Source of the DNA: Candidatus Portnoybacteria bacterium RIFCSPLOWO2_01_FULL_43_11
GTDB lineage: Bacteria; Patescibacteriota; Minisyncoccia; Portnoybacterales; UBA2143
Direction of reading: 5' to 3'
DNA: 64,000 bases
Assembly (NCBI GenBank): GCA_001819605.1
Contig: MHNE01000008.1
Location: forward strand, 13,054-77,053
A program made the translations under genes and the position numbers. The notes under the pieces are model-generated. The model was given only the letters and a program-made list of their open reading frames with translations. It ran no database searches and was not told where the DNA came from. This document shows positions 60,971 through 64,000 of this stretch, piece by piece; within the stretch, counting starts at the first letter, position 1; every line of letters begins with the position of its first letter.

Positions 60971-63100
60971 TTACTTCTTTCCTCCGCTAATTACTTCCTC
61001 CGCCACATTCTTTGGCACTTCCTCATAACGGCTGAACTCCATAGTGAATGTGGCCCGACCTTGAGTCATAGAACGCAAACGGGTGGCATAGCCAAACATT
61101 TGAACCAAAGGCACTTTGGCGTCTATCACTTTCATCCGACTGATTCCTTCTCCTCTATCCTGCATCTCTTCAATTCTGCCTCTTTTGGAATTAATATCGC
61201 CAATAACATCGCCCATAAAATGCTCCGGAGTCACTGCTTCAAGCTTCATAGTCGGCTCTAATAAAATTAAGTTGGCTCTTTTTACCGCGGCTTGAAGAGC
61301 CATTGAGCCGGCAATTTTAAAAGCCGCTTCCGAGGAATCCACATCGTGATAAGAACCGTCATAAAGAGTCGCTTTCAAATCCACTAAAGGATAACCGGCC
61401 AAAACGCCTTTGTCCATAGCTTCTTTAATTCCTTTTTGAACAGCCGGAATAAATTCATGGGGAATAATCCCGCCTTTAATCGCGTCAACAAATTCAAATC
61501 CCTTACCCTGCTCCTGCGGCTCAACCCTTAACCAAACATGGCCATATTGACCCCGGCCGCCGGTCTGGCGAATATATTTCCCTTCCGCTTCGGCCGTTCC
61601 TTTTATTGTTTCTTTATAAGCCACTTGAGGCGCGCCGACATTAGCCCCCACTTTAAATTCCCTCAACATTCTATCAACAATTATCTCCAAATGCAATTCA
61701 CCCATGCCGGAAATAATGGTCTGACCGGTTTCAATGTCGCCTTTAATGCGAAAAGTCGGATCTTCTTCGGAAAGCCGCCTTAGGGCAATACCCATTCTTT
61801 CCTGATCGGCTTTTGTTTTTGGCTCAATAGCTATTGAAATAACCGGTTCCGGGAAAATGATTTTTTCCAAAATTATCGGGTGGTCCGGGTCACAAAGAGT
61901 GTCGCCGGTTGTGGTCGCTTTTAAACCAACCGCGGCCCCGATGCCGCCGGCGTAAATCTCTTTCACCTCTTCCCGCTTATCAGCATGCATTCTTAAGATG
62001 CGGCCGATTCTTTCTTTCTGACCGGAACTGGAATTTAAAATATAAGAACTGCTGTTTAAAATACCGGAATAAACCCTAAAAAAGGTCAGCTGACCCACAA
62101 AAGGATCTGTGGCCACTTTAAAGGCCAAAGCCGAAAACGGCGCTTCGTCTTTTGACTCGCGAATCATCTTCTTTTTTTCGTCTTTTGGATCAAAACCCTC
62201 AATCGGCGGCAAATCTATTGGCGAAGGCAAATAATCTATTATCCCGTCTAAAAGCAATTGAACGGCTTTATTTTTAAGGGCTGAACCGCAAAAAACCGGC
62301 ACTAATTGATAGTTGATAACGGCTTGCCTCAAAACTCTTCTTAAATCTTCCTCGTTAATTTCCCGTCCTTCCAAATATTTTTCCAATAATTGTTCATCCT
62401 GTTCGGATATTTTTTCCACCAATTCTTTTCTTATTTCCATAACGCCCGCTTTTAATTCGTCTGGAATTTCTTCTTCAAACACATTCTCTCCGAAATCACC
62501 CTGAAATTTATAGGCCTTTATTCTGATTAAATCTATCACTCCCTCGTGCTTATCCTCCAAACCAATCGGAATCTGAACGGCTATTGCGTTAGGAGTCAGT
62601 CTTTCCAAAATAGACTGAAAACTTTTTTCAAAACTGGCGCCGGTCCGATCCAGTTTATTAATAAAGCAAATACGGGGCACTTTGAATTTATCCGCCTGAC
62701 GCCAAACCGTCTCTGATTGCGGCTCTACCCCGGCCACGCCGTCAAAAACAACCACGGCGCCGTCTAAAACTCTTAAAGAGCGCTGGACTTCCACGGTAAA
62801 ATCAATATGGCCGGGCGTGTCAATGATGTTAATCTGATATTCTTCCTTTTTTTCTTTATTACCGGATAAATATTTTCGCGGCGTCCAAAAGCAGGTCGTG
62901 GCCGCTGAAGTGATAGTGATGCCTCTTTCTCTTTCCTGCGCCATCCAGTCCATAATCGCTTCGCCCTCGTGAACCTCGCCGATTTTATGGGAAACGCCCG
63001 TATAAAAAAGCACCCGTTCACTAACGGTCGTTTTCCCGGCATCAATATGAGCGATGATGCCAATGTCCCTAATTTTCTCAATCGGATACTGCCGCGGCAT
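60971..63100 (-). CDS. fusA: elongation factor G
   Basis: [27 protein letters not shown]. Confidence 0.99.
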   Translation of the reverse strand: MPRQYPIEKIRDIGIIAHIDAGKTTVSERVLFYTGVSHKIGEVHEGEAIMDWMAQERERGITITSAATTCFWTPRKYLSGNKEKKEEYQINIIDTPGHIDFTVEVQRSLRVLDGAVVVFDGVAGVEPQSETVWRQADKFKVPRICFINKLDRTGASFEKSFQSILERLTPNAIAVQIPIGLEDKHEGVIDLIRIKAYKFQGDFGENVFEEEIPDELKAGVMEIRKELVEKISEQDEQLLEKYLEGREINEEDLRRVLRQAVINYQLVPVFCGSALKNKAVQLLLDGIIDYLPSPIDLPPIEGFDPKDEKKKMIRESKDEAPFSALAFKVATDPFVGQLTFFRVYSGILNSSSYILNSSSGQKERIGRILRMHADKREEVKEIYAGGIGAAVGLKATTTGDTLCDPDHPIILEKIIFPEPVISIAIEPKTKADQERMGIALRRLSEEDPTFRIKGDIETGQTIISGMGELHLEIIVDRMLREFKVGANVGAPQVAYKETIKGTAEAEGKYIRQTGGRGQYGHVWLRVEPQEQGKGFEFVDAIKGGIIPHEFIPAVQKGIKEAMDKGVLAGYPLVDLKATLYDGSYHDVDSSEAAFKIAGSMALQAAVKRANLILLEPTMKLEAVTPEHFMGDVIGDINSKRGRIEEMQDRGEGISRMKVIDAKVPLVQMFGYATRLRSMTQGRATFTMEFSRYEEVPKNVAEEVISGGKK

Positions 63101-63108
63101 AAACCCAA

Positions 63109-63135
63109 TCTACCAAATTAAAATAAATTTATCAA
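63109..63135 (-). repeat. 27-bp direct repeat containing a promoter (fusA copy)
   Basis: TCTACCAAATTAAAATAAATTTATCAA; minus strand TTGATA-17-TAGATT. Confidence 0.7.
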
Positions 63136-63211
63136 CCCCGCGCCTTTTAAGGATAAGCAAATTCACAAAGTGAATTTGTTTTTTAATAAAAATCCTCAAT
63201 AGGTGCGGGGT
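63135..63211. repeat. ACCCCG...CGGGGT palindromic element
   Basis: ACCCCGCGCCTTTT...AATAGGTGCGGGGT with inner CAAATTCAC-AAA-GTGAATTTG. Confidence 0.7.
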
Positions 63212-63273
63212 CAAGCCTAAAAATAAAAAACCAGGTCGGCTGAAAAAACCGCCTCGTTCTTTTAAAAGTGAAA

Positions 63274-63627
63274 TTACAGAATTTTAACCACGCCTTCTCG
63301 AATAATTATCAATTTGTCCTCTAATTTCTTCAATTTAAACTTCTTTAGAAAAGGAATTAAATAACGAATAACATTCTGCGGAGATTGATCTCTTAATCTT
63401 AATAAAATAACGCCTCTGTGTTTCTGATGAAATTGATGGATAAGATTTCCAAAATCTTTATCATGAGTAATAATAATCCGTTTTTGTTTCTCGGCCAATT
63501 TCAAAATTTCTTCGTCATTCATAGCGTAAAATTTATTCTCTCCGATACCCAAAACATCAAAACCTTTGTCTCTTAGGGTTTTAATAACTATCGGAGCGAT
63601 ATTTTCGTCAGCTATAAAACCCTTCAT
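63274..63627 (-). CDS. DUF5615 PIN-like toxin
   Basis: FIADENI, DEEIL, IITHDKDFG; start moved to MKGFIAD. Confidence 0.85.
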   Translation of the reverse strand: MKGFIADENIAPIVIKTLRDKGFDVLGIGENKFYAMNDEEILKLAEKQKRIIITHDKDFGNLIHQFHQKHRGVILLRLRDQSPQNVIRYLIPFLKKFKLKKLEDKLIIIREGVVKIL

Positions 63628-63631
63628 AAAA

Positions 63632-63847
63632 TCAAGCAAAAACTAATTCTTCACGCTTGACTGTCTTGGCCGCGTAATCAATGGCCGCTAAAACATCGGC
63701 TTTTTTAAGACGGGGATATTCCTCGACGATTTCTTCAACGGTCATTCCAGAAGCCAAAAGCTCCAATATAAACTCAACGGAAATGCGAGTTCCTTTTATA
63801 ATCGGTTTGCCGCCAAATATTTTTTTATTGTAAGTAATGCGGTTCAT
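63632..63847 (-). CDS. DUF433 antitoxin-like protein
   Basis: GGKPIIKGTRISV, EYPRL, AAIDYA. Confidence 0.88.
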   Translation of the reverse strand: MNRITYNKKIFGGKPIIKGTRISVEFILELLASGMTVEEIVEEYPRLKKADVLAAIDYAAKTVKREELVFA

Positions 63848-63856
63848 ATATTTAAT

Positions 63857-63883
63857 TCTACCAAATCAAAATAAATTGATCAA
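63857..63883 (-). repeat. 27-bp direct repeat containing a promoter (TA copy)
   Basis: TCTACCAAATCAAAATAAATTGATCAA; minus strand TTGATC-17-TAGAAT. Confidence 0.7.

Positions 63884-64000
<117 letters not shown>

Overview
64 kb of an AT-rich bacterial chromosome in standard genetic code. It is most likely a Patescibacteria/CPR (Parcubacteria-like) genome: there is no rpmD between rpsE and rplO, no rplA after rplK, atpC is short, and the hypothetical proteins are CPR-type. The window is mostly housekeeping: the 5' part of RNase P RNA, rnhA-recJ-pgk-tpiA-galT, miaB/miaA, gatCAB, a folate/dTMP cluster, secE-nusG-rplK, gyrB, pheST, three tRNAs followed by a decayed restriction-modification patch, ligA, dnaE, thrS, an F1Fo ATP synthase operon, and the str-S10-spc operon through secY-adk-map. 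Four things are unusual. (1) Several families of small palindromic/MITE-like elements and 7-nt tandem tracts are scattered throughout, many translated in frame inside essential proteins (MiaA, MiaB, FolD, PheT, L4, AtpH, AtpG, GatA, GatB, LigA, L3) and one inside RNase P RNA. (2) An unannotated ~270-300 nt three-hairpin RNA with its own promoter lies between miaB and miaA. (3) A repeated hairpin/pseudoknot element sits upstream of both miaB and map. (4) Accessory cassettes (Fic, DUF433/DUF5615 TA, orphan ORFs with strong SD sites) interrupt core operons, two of them flanked by direct repeats. No transposase, integrase or CRISPR array was seen. All product calls come from motif recognition, not database searches.
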